DNA from: Octopus sinensis
Taxonomy: Eukaryota
Reading direction: 5' to 3'
Assembly (NCBI RefSeq): GCF_006345805.1
Contig: NC_043003.1
Coordinates: forward strand, 114,204,001-114,268,000
DNA: 64,000 bases
How positions within the stretch are numbered: position 1 is the stretch's first letter; each line of letters starts with the position of its first letter. Shown in pieces: positions 52,755 through 64,000 of the stretch. The notes below the pieces were generated by a model that was not told the origin of the DNA, ran no database searches, and saw only the letters and a list, made by a program, of their open reading frames with translations. The translations under genes were made by a program, and so were the position numbers.

Positions 52755-54000
52755 GATTGATAGATAGATATAGATGTATGTATGTATGTATGTATGCATG
52801 TGTAGATGATGCCTGAAGCAGTGTTGTACAGTAAACAAACTTTTAGACAGATGAGTTAAAATTTATTTGGTTCATTTTGGAATTAATGAATTCTTGCAGA
52901 AACACGCATCGATATGTATTTAGGAACCCACATCTTGTTTATTTCCCGCATAATTTTGCCACAGGCCAAATGATTCGATATATTTGAAATATTATCTGTT
53001 CATCATCCCTTGTCTCAATGCGTTCCAAATATTAGAAATTTTCTTCCTGATCAGATATAGAGTAATCCCTCGTTGCAATTTCGGGCCAACATGCTGTAAT
53101 CGCTGCACATGATACCCACAGCCTCAACTTCCATTGTAGACTGTAGTAACATATTCAGCTCATGAGATGAAATTGGAAAATACATCGTCGTAAACGACGG
53201 AGAATGAATTTGTTATTTATAGCTTATGTATGCAATACGCTTACACCGAAACACAAGCGAACACACAAACATATGCAAAATGTATATTTGAGTATATGCG
53301 ATGCTATGTGTGTATTTTTTAACGAACACGAGGTGATGTGTCAGCGCATGGAGATGTAGAAGATAGTCGGAAGGAGAGAGATGGATGGTTGCTGTGTCTG
53401 TTGAAATCTAAAGATCAACAATTACTGGTATGGTATTGCTCCTTGAATAATCTGCTAATTCGATTGGCAATTAACCAATCTTTTGTAAGTGTTCTGCGAG
53501 GTAAAATGAAAGAATTCATTTTGTGACCGTGTTTGGTATTTCCAAAAGCAATCATTTCAAAGTGGAGCGTCCAGTTCTCTAAGCAACTCTCTCTCTTTCT
53601 CTCTCTTTTTCTCTCTCTCTACATTGTCTCTCCTTTGATGCACTGTTGTCTTTGACGTGTAGACTACAATAAAAAGTTTACTGTTATACACTAACCGACA
53701 CTATAATTGTACTAATCTATGTTAAACAATAGAGGTTTCATATATCATATTATTCCATACTTTGCCATACAAAACCACTTTGCACTGTTTCTTCTCCATC
53801 TTCTATTTGTTTCGTCCCGATCCGTTTCCAGTGGAACGAGAACAGGTCAGGTTCCGATGTAGTTGTTTCATGCAATATTTTATGCCCGTTTCTTTTTCCC
53901 ACGCTTTTAATGTTCCTTGACCAACGCATACACAAGGTGAGATTCGAAACTATTTCATTGAACAACCTCCACAATAACTCACCACGCACACTATTATGAA

Positions 54001-56444
54001 GGCGGCGAGCTGGCGGAAACGTTAGCCTGCCGGGCGAAATGCGTAGCCGTATTTCGTCTGCCGTTACGTTCTGAGTTCAAATTCCACCGAGGTCGACTTT
54101 GCCTTTCATCCTTTCGGGGTCGATAAATTAAGTACCAGCTGCGCACTGGGGTCGATATAATCGACTTAATCCGTTTGTCTGTCCTTGTTTGTCCTCTCTG
54201 TGTTTAGCCCCTTGTGGGTAGTAAAGAAATAGGTATTTCGTCTGCCACCACGTTCTGAGTTCAAATTCCGCCGAGGTCGACTTTGCCTTTCATCCTTTCG
54301 GGGTCGATAAATTAAGTACCAGTTACGCACTGGGGTCGATATAATCGACTTAATCCGTTTGTCTGTCCTTGTTTGTCCTCTCTGTGTTTAGCCCCTTGTG
54401 GGTAGTAAAGAAATAGGTATTTCGTCTGCCATCACGTTCTGAGTTCAAATTCCGCCGAGGTCGACTTTGCCTTTCATCCTTTCGGGGTCGATAAATTAAG
54501 TACCAGTTACGCACTGGGGTCGATATAATCGACTTAATCCGTTTGTCTGTCCTTGTTTGTCCTGTCTGTGTTTAGCCCCTTGTGGGTAGTAAAGAAATAG
54601 GTATTTCGTCTGCCATCACGTTCTGAGTTCAAATTCCACCGAGGTCGACTTTGCCTTTCATCCTTTCGGGGTCGGTCGATAAATTAAGTACCAGTTATGC
54701 ACTGGGGTCGATATAATCCAGTTAATCCGTTTGTCTGTCCTTGTTTGTCCTCTCTGTGTTTAGCCCCTTGTGGGTAGTAAAGAAATAGGTATTTCGTCTG
54801 CCACCACGTTCTGAGTTCAAATTCCGCCGAGGTCGACTTTGCCTTTCATCCTTTCGGGGTCGATAAATTAAGTACCAGTTACGCACTGGGGTCGATATAA
54901 TCGACTTAATCCGTTTGTCTGTCCTTGTTTGTCCCTCTGTGTTTAGCCCCTTGTGGGTAGTAAAGAAATAGGTATTTCGTCTGCCATCACGTTCTGAGTT
55001 CAAATTCCGCCGAGGTCGACTTTGCCTTTCATCCTTTCGGGGTCGATAAATAAGTACCAGTTACGCACTGGGGTCGATATAATCGACTTAATCCGTTTGT
55101 CTGTCCTTGTTTGTCCTCTCTGTGTTTAGCCCTTGTGGGTAGTAAAGAAATAGGTATTTCGTCTGCCATCACGTTCTGAGTTCAAATTCCGCCGAGGTCG
55201 ACTTTGCCTTTCATCCTTTCGGGGTCGATAAATTAAGTACCAGTTACGCACTGGTGTCGATATAATCGACTTAATCCGTTTGTCTGTCCTTGTTTGTCCT
55301 CTCTGTGTTTAGCACCTTGTGGGTAGTAAAGAAATAGGTATTTCGTCTGCCATCACGTTCTGAGGTCAAATTCCGCCGAGGTCGACTTTGCCTTTCATCC
55401 TTTCGAGGTCGAAAAATTAAGTACCAGTTATACACTGGGGTCGATATAATCGACTTAATCCGTTTGTCTGTCCTTGTTTGTCCTCTCTGTGTTTAGACCC
55501 TTGTGGGTAGTAAAGAAATAGGTATTTCGTCTGCCACCACGTTCTGAGTTCAAATTCCGCCGAGGTCGACTTTGCCTTTCATCCTTTCGGGGTCGATAAA
55601 TTAAGTACCAGTTACGCACTGGGGTCGATATAATCGACTTAATCCGTTTGTCTGTCCTTGTTTGTCCTCTCTGTGTTTAGCCCCTTGTGGGTAGTAAAGA
55701 AATAGGTATTTCGTCTGCCACCACGTTCTGAGTTCACATTCCGCCGAGGTCGACTTTGCCTTTCATCCTTTCGGGGTCGATAAATTAAGTACCAGTTACG
55801 CACTGGGGTCGATATAATCGACTTAATCCGTTTGTCTGTCCTTGTTTGTCCTGTCTGTGTTTAGCCCCTTGTGGGTAGTAAAGAAATAGGTATTTCGTCT
55901 GCCATCACGTTCTGAGTTCAAATTCCGCCGAGGTCGACTTTGCCTTTCATCCATTCGAGGTCGAAAAATTAAGTACCAGTTATGCACTGGGGTCGATATA
56001 ATCGACTTAATCCGTTTGTCTGTCCTTGTTTGTCCTCTCTGTGTTTAGACCCTTGTGGGTAGTAAAGAATAGGTATTTCGTCTGCCACCACGTTCTGAGT
56101 TCAAATTCCGCCGAGGTCGACTTTGCCTTTCATCCTTTCGGGGTCGATAAATTAAGTACCAGTTACGCACTGGGGTCGATATAATCAACTTAATCCGTTT
56201 GTCTGTCCTTGTTTGTCCTCTCTGTGTTTAGCCCCTTGTGGGTAGTAAAGAAATAGGTATTTCGTCTGCCATCACGTTCTGAGTTCAAATTCCGCCGAGG
56301 TCGACTTTGCCTTTCATCCTTTCGAGGTCGAAAAATTAAGTACCAGTTACGCACTGGGGTCGATATAATCAACTTAATCCGTTTGTCTGTCCTTGTTTGT
56401 CCTCTCTGTGTTTAGCCCCTTGTGGATAGTAAAGAAATAAGTAT
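54001..56444 (+). repeat. SINE-derived tandem array: one full family B SINE followed by 12 headless ~184 bp units
   Basis: Unit starts at 54001, 54232, 54416, 54600, 54788, 54971, 55153, 55337, 55521, 55705, 55889, 56072 and 56256. Confidence 0.97.
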
Positions 56445-57037
56445 TATATTACCCCAGAATACTTTACCGTATAAAGTCTACAACAGATCCTCTAGGTAGT
56501 CACTCTATTTGCTAGAAATAACAGGTATATTTTCCTCAAATCGCCTTCAATCATCTTAAATAACAAAACTGTACATCAGACATGAAGTCGATTGTTCTCT
56601 GCGAGGTCTTTCATCTTGGTTCTGCTTGATCAGAGTTTGACCCCGACCACAACAAAGATAAATTCATCCCTGTTTTGATGTCCAGATAAAGATATATTAA
56701 TATATTTCTTAGATTAACGCCAAGATAAATAAACCAACAACTACAAATATCACAACAATTCCGATAATAACAGACGAATTCGCTTCTAAATTTGGTTTCG
56801 TTTCTCCCGACCCCATCATCTCTCACTCACTCTCTCTCCTCAATACAAATCACAACACACGCGCAAACACATATATATATATATATACACATAAACATAC
56901 ATATATACATACATACATACATACATACACATATATATATATATATATATACATAAACATACAAACATACATACATGCATACATATAAATATATATATAC
57001 ACACAAACACACACACATCTCTCTCTCTCTCTCTGTC

Positions 57038-57071
<34 letters not shown>

Positions 57072-57088
57072 ATATGTCTGTATGTATA

Positions 57089-57207
57089 TCACGTGATCAC
57101 GTGACCGACCAGACCATCAAATGTTGCTACGCATCGCTGGTCACAATGCGATCGCATTGTTTTAGCCTTCGAACGACGCCACCCCGCTGGCTAAGCAAAC
57201 AGGCCAA
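57089..57207 (-). mobile_element. SINE family C, 3' tail fragment
   Basis: TCACGTGATCACGTGACCGACCAGACCATCAAATGTTGCTAC.. matches 7325-7430. Confidence 0.85.
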
Positions 57208-57279
57208 TGTATGTATATATATATATAATATATATATATATATATGTATATATAATTCTAATTTGATGATGTTAAGATT

Positions 57280-57800
57280 GATGCGATTTGCTGTGATGCT
57301 GCTGCTACTACTACTGCTGTTGTTGTTGTTGCTGCTGCTCCTGCTTATGACGATGATGATGATGGTGTGTCTCGTATGTTTTGTTTGTGTTGTGGTGTGC
57401 TTTGATTATAGTTATGTTGATGATGATACTCATGGTGATGCTGCTGATGATACAGTTGGTGCTCTGTGTAAAGCTTCGTGGTGGTGGTGGTGGTGGTGGT
57501 GGTGGTTAAGGCGATGGTGGTCTATAGCGGTACTGGAAGTGGCGGTGGCGGTGGCGGCGGTAGAGGTGGAGGTGTTGTGGGTGTTATCAGCGTTGGACTT
57601 CAAACTACCAGTACGACTGTTAGTTAAGGTGGAGGAGGTTGTGGTGGCAGGAATTTGTTCCGTCTTCTTGTGGTGGTGGTGGTGGTGGCGGTGGTGACGG
57701 TTGTATTGGTGGTGGTGCTTCTGCTACTGCTGCTCGTGGTATTGGTGGTGTTCTGGTGGTGGAAATGACAGCGATAGTGAGGAAGATGGTTGGTGCTTAG
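57280..57800. repeat. Degenerate GGT/GAT/GCT trinucleotide low-complexity tract (a similar CAC/CAT tract lies at 50060-50520)
   Basis: Direct pattern; gives poly-W/V/L ORFs. Confidence 0.85.
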
Positions 57801-58649
57801 TGCCAGTTGATTTATAGGACGTGTTTGAAGAATTTCAATGAAAACGCTAATCAACTCTTCAAAATCTAGCAAAGAAAAGAGAAAAAAAAACACGAAATTT
57901 TCTTATTAAATTCCATCGGTTAACTGTCAAGGAAGCGGTGTTTGCTATGAAAATTGGGCGACAAGGATATTGAATTACATGTCCAATGAGTGTAAAATAC
58001 AACTCCCTTAAAACAACAACAAAGAAACAATAACAAATGCTATCTTTGAAAAATAGTAACAACTTAATATAAAAGTTTAAAAAAAAAAAAATTGAAGAGA
58101 AAATGAAATATTGCAGCCGACAATATTGAAGTTAAAACAATTACTTCGAAATATCCCCGTCATATTAGCAGGTTCTTTTGATATCTTATATATGTATGTC
58201 CCGCCCCTATTGTCTGTTTAAATCCGGAGATAACTTCAGCTGCTCGCTTTCTGGGCGCTCTACAGAAGCTTATTAATTTAATTAAAATGAATAAAAATTT
58301 ATGAAGAAAGGAAATCCAGTGCAAGCAATTTTGATATGACATCGTCAGTGTCAGTTAAGGCCATTACTTCATTCTACGTTTCCCATACACACCAGCACCA
58401 ACAGCAACAACAACAACTCCGGACCGAATGCTTTACATTATTTAAGGACTTGCTTTCAGTTGTTCGAAGATTAAATTCCATCGGGGGTTAATATAATCTT
58501 TAAAAATCTCTAGTTTGCAAATGATTGATCTCTCCGGGTTAGACAGGGGCTGGGAAGGCCCCTAATGATTCATGAGACCGTGTAACTTATACGAAGGGAA
58601 AGGACTGGGCAAAGAGTTTAGTTGTTTTGAAAAACCAGCTGTTGTCCAT

Positions 58650-58945
58650 GCGTGAAAGCGCCTGGCTAAGTGGTTTCGTTATTCGGCTCAGGATCTTAAT
58701 GTCAAGGGTTCGATATCTGGTGGTACGTTGTGTCCTTGAGTACGACACTTTATTTCACGCTCACTCAGCTGGCAAGAATAAATACTACCTACCATTCCAG
58801 TCCACTGTATTTCAAAGGGCCAGCCTTGTCACATACTGTGTCACGTTGATTCTCCCTGAGAACTATGTTAAGGGTGCGCGTTAATTTTGGCTGTTCTGTT
58901 GGTTGGATCAACTGGAACTCTCATCGTCGTAACCGACGGAGGACC
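58650..58945 (+). mobile_element. tRNA-derived SINE, family D (fragment also at 22085-22175)
   Basis: TGGCTAAGTGG..GGTTCGATA head; TTCAAAGGGCCAGCCTTGTCA..CTCCCTGAGAACTA is shared with 22090-22150. Confidence 0.65.
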
Positions 58946-59019
58946 AGTTTTTCATGCATACAAGTCTCCTCACCAATGATATTTATCTAGGCAAGAAGGG
59001 AGATAATGTTTCATTTCAG

Positions 59020-59100
59020 AGTTGTCCCTTGCGCTGATGGAGATCAGGAGGTATCTCGTTGAACATCGTAAAACTTCTGTCCAGCTACTTCGCACCAAAA
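59020..59100 (+). CDS. Candidate internal coding exon (81 nt, symmetric) of an unidentified gene
   Basis: Acceptor TTTCATTTCAG| and donor |GTAAGG. Open frame xLSLALMEIRRYLVEHRKTSVQLLRTK in non-repetitive sequence. Protein family not recognised. Confidence 0.5.
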
Positions 59101-59251
59101 GTAAGGAAATTGAAATTGGAGTCGGTGAAATTTGAAACAGTTTCACAGAAGCTCAAATGATTCTGCGAACTCACCATCTCAATGAATCGAACTCGCGGGC
59201 AATTTCTAAATTCTACTCTATGTTCAGCCAAACTACACCAGTAATTTAAAA

Positions 59252-59482
59252 GGCGGCGAGCTGGCAGATTCGTTAGCACGTCGGGCAAAATGCGTAGCCG
59301 TATTTCGTCTGCCGCTACGTTCTGAGTTCAAATTCGGCCGAGGTCGACTTTACCTTTCATCCTTTCGGGGTCGATTAAATAAGTACCAGTTACGCACTGG
59401 GGTCGATATAATCGACTTAATACCTATGTCTGTCCATGTTTGTCCCATCTATGTTTAGCCCCTTGTGGGTAATAAAGAAATA
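59252..59482 (+). mobile_element. SINE family B, full-length solo copy
   Basis: GGCGGCGAGCTGG head, B box GTTCAAATT and tail AAAGAAATA; candidate TSD AGTAATTTA at 59240-59248 and 59483-59491. Confidence 0.93.
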
Positions 59483-59577
59483 AGTAATTTATTAGGGTTA
59501 CAACCATATTAAAATAGAGACTAGTGAAAAAAACTAAAAAAAGAAAAAAGAATTCATCTCGAATTTACTGTTTGTGT

Positions 59578-59965
59578 GTTAAGCAGTTTGCTTCCTTCCC
59601 AACATCCCGGTTCTGAGTTCTGTCCCACTCCGTTGCACCTTCGGCAAGTGACTTCCGCTATAACCTCGGATCGACTGAGTGGGTTTGGTAGACGGAAACT
59701 AATGGAAGCCCATCGTATATGTGTTTGTGTGGACACGCGCGTGTGTGCGTGTATGTGTGTATGTGTGTATGTGTGTGTATTTGTGTTTTTGTGCCTGTGT
59801 TTGTCCCCCAAACACTGCTTCACAACCTGTGTTGCGATGTTTACGGCATCGTAATTGAGCGCTTCGGCAAAAGAGACTGATAGAATAAGCACCAAACTTT
59901 GCAAAAGTAAGTACTGAGGTCGTATGGCCAGTATGGCCGCAGTCTAATGACTGAAACAAGTATGA
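59578..59965 (+). mobile_element. SINE family A, diverged
   Basis: GCACCTTCGGCAAGTG..GGTAGACGGAAACT..GACTGAAACAAGTA. Confidence 0.85.
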
Positions 59966-60324
59966 AAAGATAACAGATGGAAGCTTATCTTTGTGCAGTC
60001 AGTTACCAGAAAGGATTGAGTCGCGAAGACGCGAAAATGGTTTATGTCTTCAGGTTCCTATTTCCACAACACACACAAGATCATCCGAGTACAAATTTTA
60101 ATACGAACGCAGTTTAGGTCAGAGTCGCCTCCAGCCTTCGTCAGCTAATAAAAAGCTAGACTTTTCATTAAAATGATATTGATATTTAGTTTAGCTGATA
60201 AGAATGGAATGTCAGACAGACTAAAGAACCAGTTAGTATTTTACTCCCGTCAACAAAGAACATACGCAGACATTCACACGCACACGTATACATAGAAACA
60301 TCTACGCATATATACATACAGTCA

Positions 60325-60918
<594 letters not shown>

Positions 60919-61579
60919 TATGAATATACACTTTTATCTTATATATATATACAAGCACATGTGCGTTGCTGTGGGTACGTTTGTAAATAAGTGCATATGT
61001 GTGTGTGTGAATGTATGTATTTTGATACAGTTGACGAGGCAGTGTGCCTCGCGTATATATTCTTCTCAACTCTATTTATTACATGCCAACAAAGGGCCAT
61101 AGATCTATTTGATCCCAGCTGACATGTACTGAACAGTAATAACAATAACAAAATGAACAACAAGGAGAGCAATAAACAATTCAACACCACCAGGAACGAC
61201 AACAACAACACCGACCACAAAAACGCCGCAGACATCGTGAGTTAATCCTGCGACATTTGTCGCTTTTATCAGTTGATACGAATACGTAACTGGCTGCGAT
61301 TTAGCAAATAGTTTGATAAGTCGATGGAAAAAAAAAGGAACAGGGCGGCGTATAGAAACTAGGATGATAAAGTGAGTATCGTTGGTTGGAAACTAAAAAA
61401 TCTCACGAATGAAGATTGCTACCAGGTTTCGAGTCACAGTTAAAACTCGCCATGAAATTCTTAAACTTTACACCGAATCATGAGAAAATTAAATTAATTG
61501 AAACAACTTCTTGAATAATTCATATTACGTTTATTATTGTTTGGCAACCTCTTAGCAGATATCTACCGCAACAGGAAAC

Positions 61580-62856
61580 AAAACGGGGGAATTTCCTAGT
61601 TCTGTGAGTCGTGGAGCGGTGATACTGCTGAGAAAGGACCCAAACAAGAGGGATCAATCAGAAAATTTTCGGCCCAAAACGCAGCTGAAGGCAGACTTCA
61701 AAATTTTGGTCAAGGTGCGGGCGAAGAGTTTGGCACTTATCGTTAAGGAACTCACTGGTGATTCGCAAACATGCCCCATTTCAAACAGATCCATCCACGA
61801 ACACCTCCACCTCATGCGACACATCATAGACAGGATGGGTAAGGAAGCTGGATCAATTTGGATCAATCTAAGGCATTTGATAGGCTCGACCATAAATACT
61901 TGACGGTCGGTTTTCATGACTGGATCGCAGCAATGTACAGTGACATCTGCTCCGTGGTTTAGGTGAATGGTTACCTATCAGAACCATTCGGCATCATGCG
62001 TTCGGTCTGTCAAGGGTTTTCCTTCTAGTCTCTCTTCTATGTGATTGCTCTACAGCCACTACTTCGGAAATTCAAGGTGTTGAGTGGCATCCCGAGCGAA
62101 CTGGGACGTGGGAGGACCGCGTCGACATACACGGACGGCGTTAGGCACATAGACCTCAAAACGAGTACAAGAAGGTAACAGAAGCAAAAATTAACCAAAA
62201 GTAAGTGGGCCTGCAACTCGGCACCTACAGAGACAGGTCCATGCCCCCCAACAGCATCGTGGGAAGATGGTCGGAAGGACCGGTTAAAGGACCAGATCTC
62301 CCGGTGGAGAAGAACTGGAACCGTCTCACCGTCGTGCCCTGTCCTATTTCGAATGTTACCAAACTGGAGCGCCTACTGTCTGTAGAAGAGATGCATTCCA
62401 CCAGTCAGACACTCCGTTTGCTGTCAACGCCCGCCAAATGGAAGGATGGGCATGTCGTGGATATTGATGTGCAGATATGCGTTGAGGTTGTGGCCTCTCC
62501 GGCGCTTCGTAGACGGTGAGCAGGTGTGGTCGCCGTTTGTGATTTCTCACAGCTTTAACCGTTGTCTGAGCTGCAGTCCTGGATCAAGCGTAGACCGAGA
62601 CAGGGCGCCTGGAACATAGAGCGTCGTCAGGCGCTCACAACCCTCTGACAGTCGGACAGTGATACCGAAGGCCACTGCCTGTTCGGAATAAATTCTATAG
62701 GTACGGAATTGCAGTCCGCTGGGCTTGCTCGAGCTGCGCGCAGAGAGACGAAACCATCTTGCATGCTCTCGCTCGGAGCTGAGTATTTTGGACTTGTGGG
62801 TTAATGTGGTACACCTGCCGTCACATGTAGGACGGATCCGGCTATCAGCTGAGTCC
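61580..62856 (+). mobile_element. Decayed, internally deleted Tx1/L1-type LINE ORF2
   Basis: RGAVILLRKDPNK..NFRP..DFKILVKV..RSIHEHLHLMR (early RT domains), through to VGRIRLSAESI. Confidence 0.85.
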
Positions 62857-62880
62857 ATTATTATTATTATCATTATTATT

Positions 62881-64000
62881 ATAGAAGCTGGCGCGGGTGG
62901 GGCTTTGATCAATTTAGATCAGTCTAAAGCCTTCGATGGGGTCGATCATCGATACCTGGCAGCTGTTCTCCGGGCAGCCGGTTTCGGTCCGGTCTTCCGC
63001 GGGTGGATCGCTGCTTTGTAAAGCGGCATCTGCTAGGTCATACAGATGAATGGTCACCCTCTCGAGCCGTTCGACATTTCGCGCTCGGTCCGCCATGGAT
63101 GCCCTCTCTCCTCCCTCCTCTACGTATTGACTCTCGAGCCATTACTACGGAAGTTGGAGGCTTTGAAGGGTGTCCCGCGCAATCTGGGATGTGGAAAGAG
63201 TATGTCTACCTATGCTGACGAAATCACCGTGATGGTGTCGAGTCACAGGCACATCCACCTGATCGGCGAGACGCTAAGCGGGTACGAAGCGGTGACAGGT
63301 GCGAAAATTAACGCGAAAAAGTCGGTGGGCTTGCAACTGGGCACCTGGAGGGGCAACTCCATGCCGTCCAACAGCGTCATAGGGCGCTGGACAGACGGAC
63401 CCGTTAAACTGCTCGGGATCTGGTTTGGTCCGGACCTCCAGTTGGAGAAAGACTGGGACGAAGTGGCGAGCAGGGTGGCCAATCTCATCCAGAAACAGAC
63501 CGAGAGAAAGCTGAAAGGTCGAGCGGTGGTGGCGAATGCGTACATCGCATCCGTCATCTACTACCGATTGACGGTCGTCTCTTGTCCCGACCGCTGGTTG
63601 GCCAAACTGGTGCGCTTGCTCTTCGACTTTCTGTGGAAGGGTCAGGTACCACTGGTCAGGCGCTCCATCTGCTGTCAAGAGCCGCTGAACGGAGGCCTTG
63701 GCATGCCGTGGTTGCTGATGCAGACATGCGCTCAGGCTACAGCATCTCAAGCGTTTCCTGGACGGTGAACAGGTGTGGTCGCCATTCGTCAGACACGACC
63801 TTCTGCAGCTCGCCTCTATGACAGGGCTTCAATCTTGGATCAAACGGAGACTGAGGAAGGGCGCTTGGCACCTCGAGTGCCGTCAAGCTCTCACCGCCCT
63901 CCACCAAGCGGGCAATGCGATCGGTAGTAGTTCCACTCTAGCGTTCTATAGAGGGTTGGTGGAGGGAAAGTGCGACGACGTTCTCGGGGAAACACTAGGC
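62881..64000 (+). mobile_element. 5'-truncated Tx1/L1-type LINE ORF2 (RT), continuing beyond the window
   Basis: LINLDQSKAFDGVDH, SVRHGCPLSSLLYVL and YADE (decayed YADD), plus KINAKKS and KLLGIWFG; contains stops and frameshifts. Confidence 0.92.

Noticed and set aside
54001-56444. CRISPR-like array
   Set aside because: The units are contiguous ~184 bp near-identical SINE pieces with no unique spacers, there are no cas genes, and the context is eukaryotic.
59252-59340. tRNA genes at SINE heads (also 1484 and 54001)
   Set aside because: They have A/B-box-like motifs but no complete cloverleaf, and they continue into SINE bodies.

Overview
This is AT-rich, microsatellite-saturated eukaryotic DNA. 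It is most likely an intron or intergenic stretch of an octopus genome; that is an inference from the tRNA-derived SINE families and the extreme simple-repeat density. No intact host gene can be recognised, and there is one reasonably convincing orphan exon candidate (59020-59100). Most of the window is transposon debris: four SINE-like families, a full-length but dead DD34D mariner nested in a SINE, other mariner derivatives, RTE, Tx1/L1 and R4/Dong LINE fragments, Penelope-like fragments with hammerhead-like motifs, and a collapsed Helitron. There is also a truncated U2 snRNA retrocopy and a 100-N assembly gap. The most unusual structures are: a 13-unit head-to-tail SINE-derived satellite (about 184 bp period, 54.0-56.4 kb); a ~420 bp long inverted repeat (5.0-7.3 kb); a retroposed ATG-initiated triple C2H2 zinc-finger mini-ORF; two fold-back elements with hairpin scars; and a MITE flanked by a 34 bp direct repeat. 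Most ORFs in the supplied track are microsatellite artefacts. All alignments and counts were done by eye.
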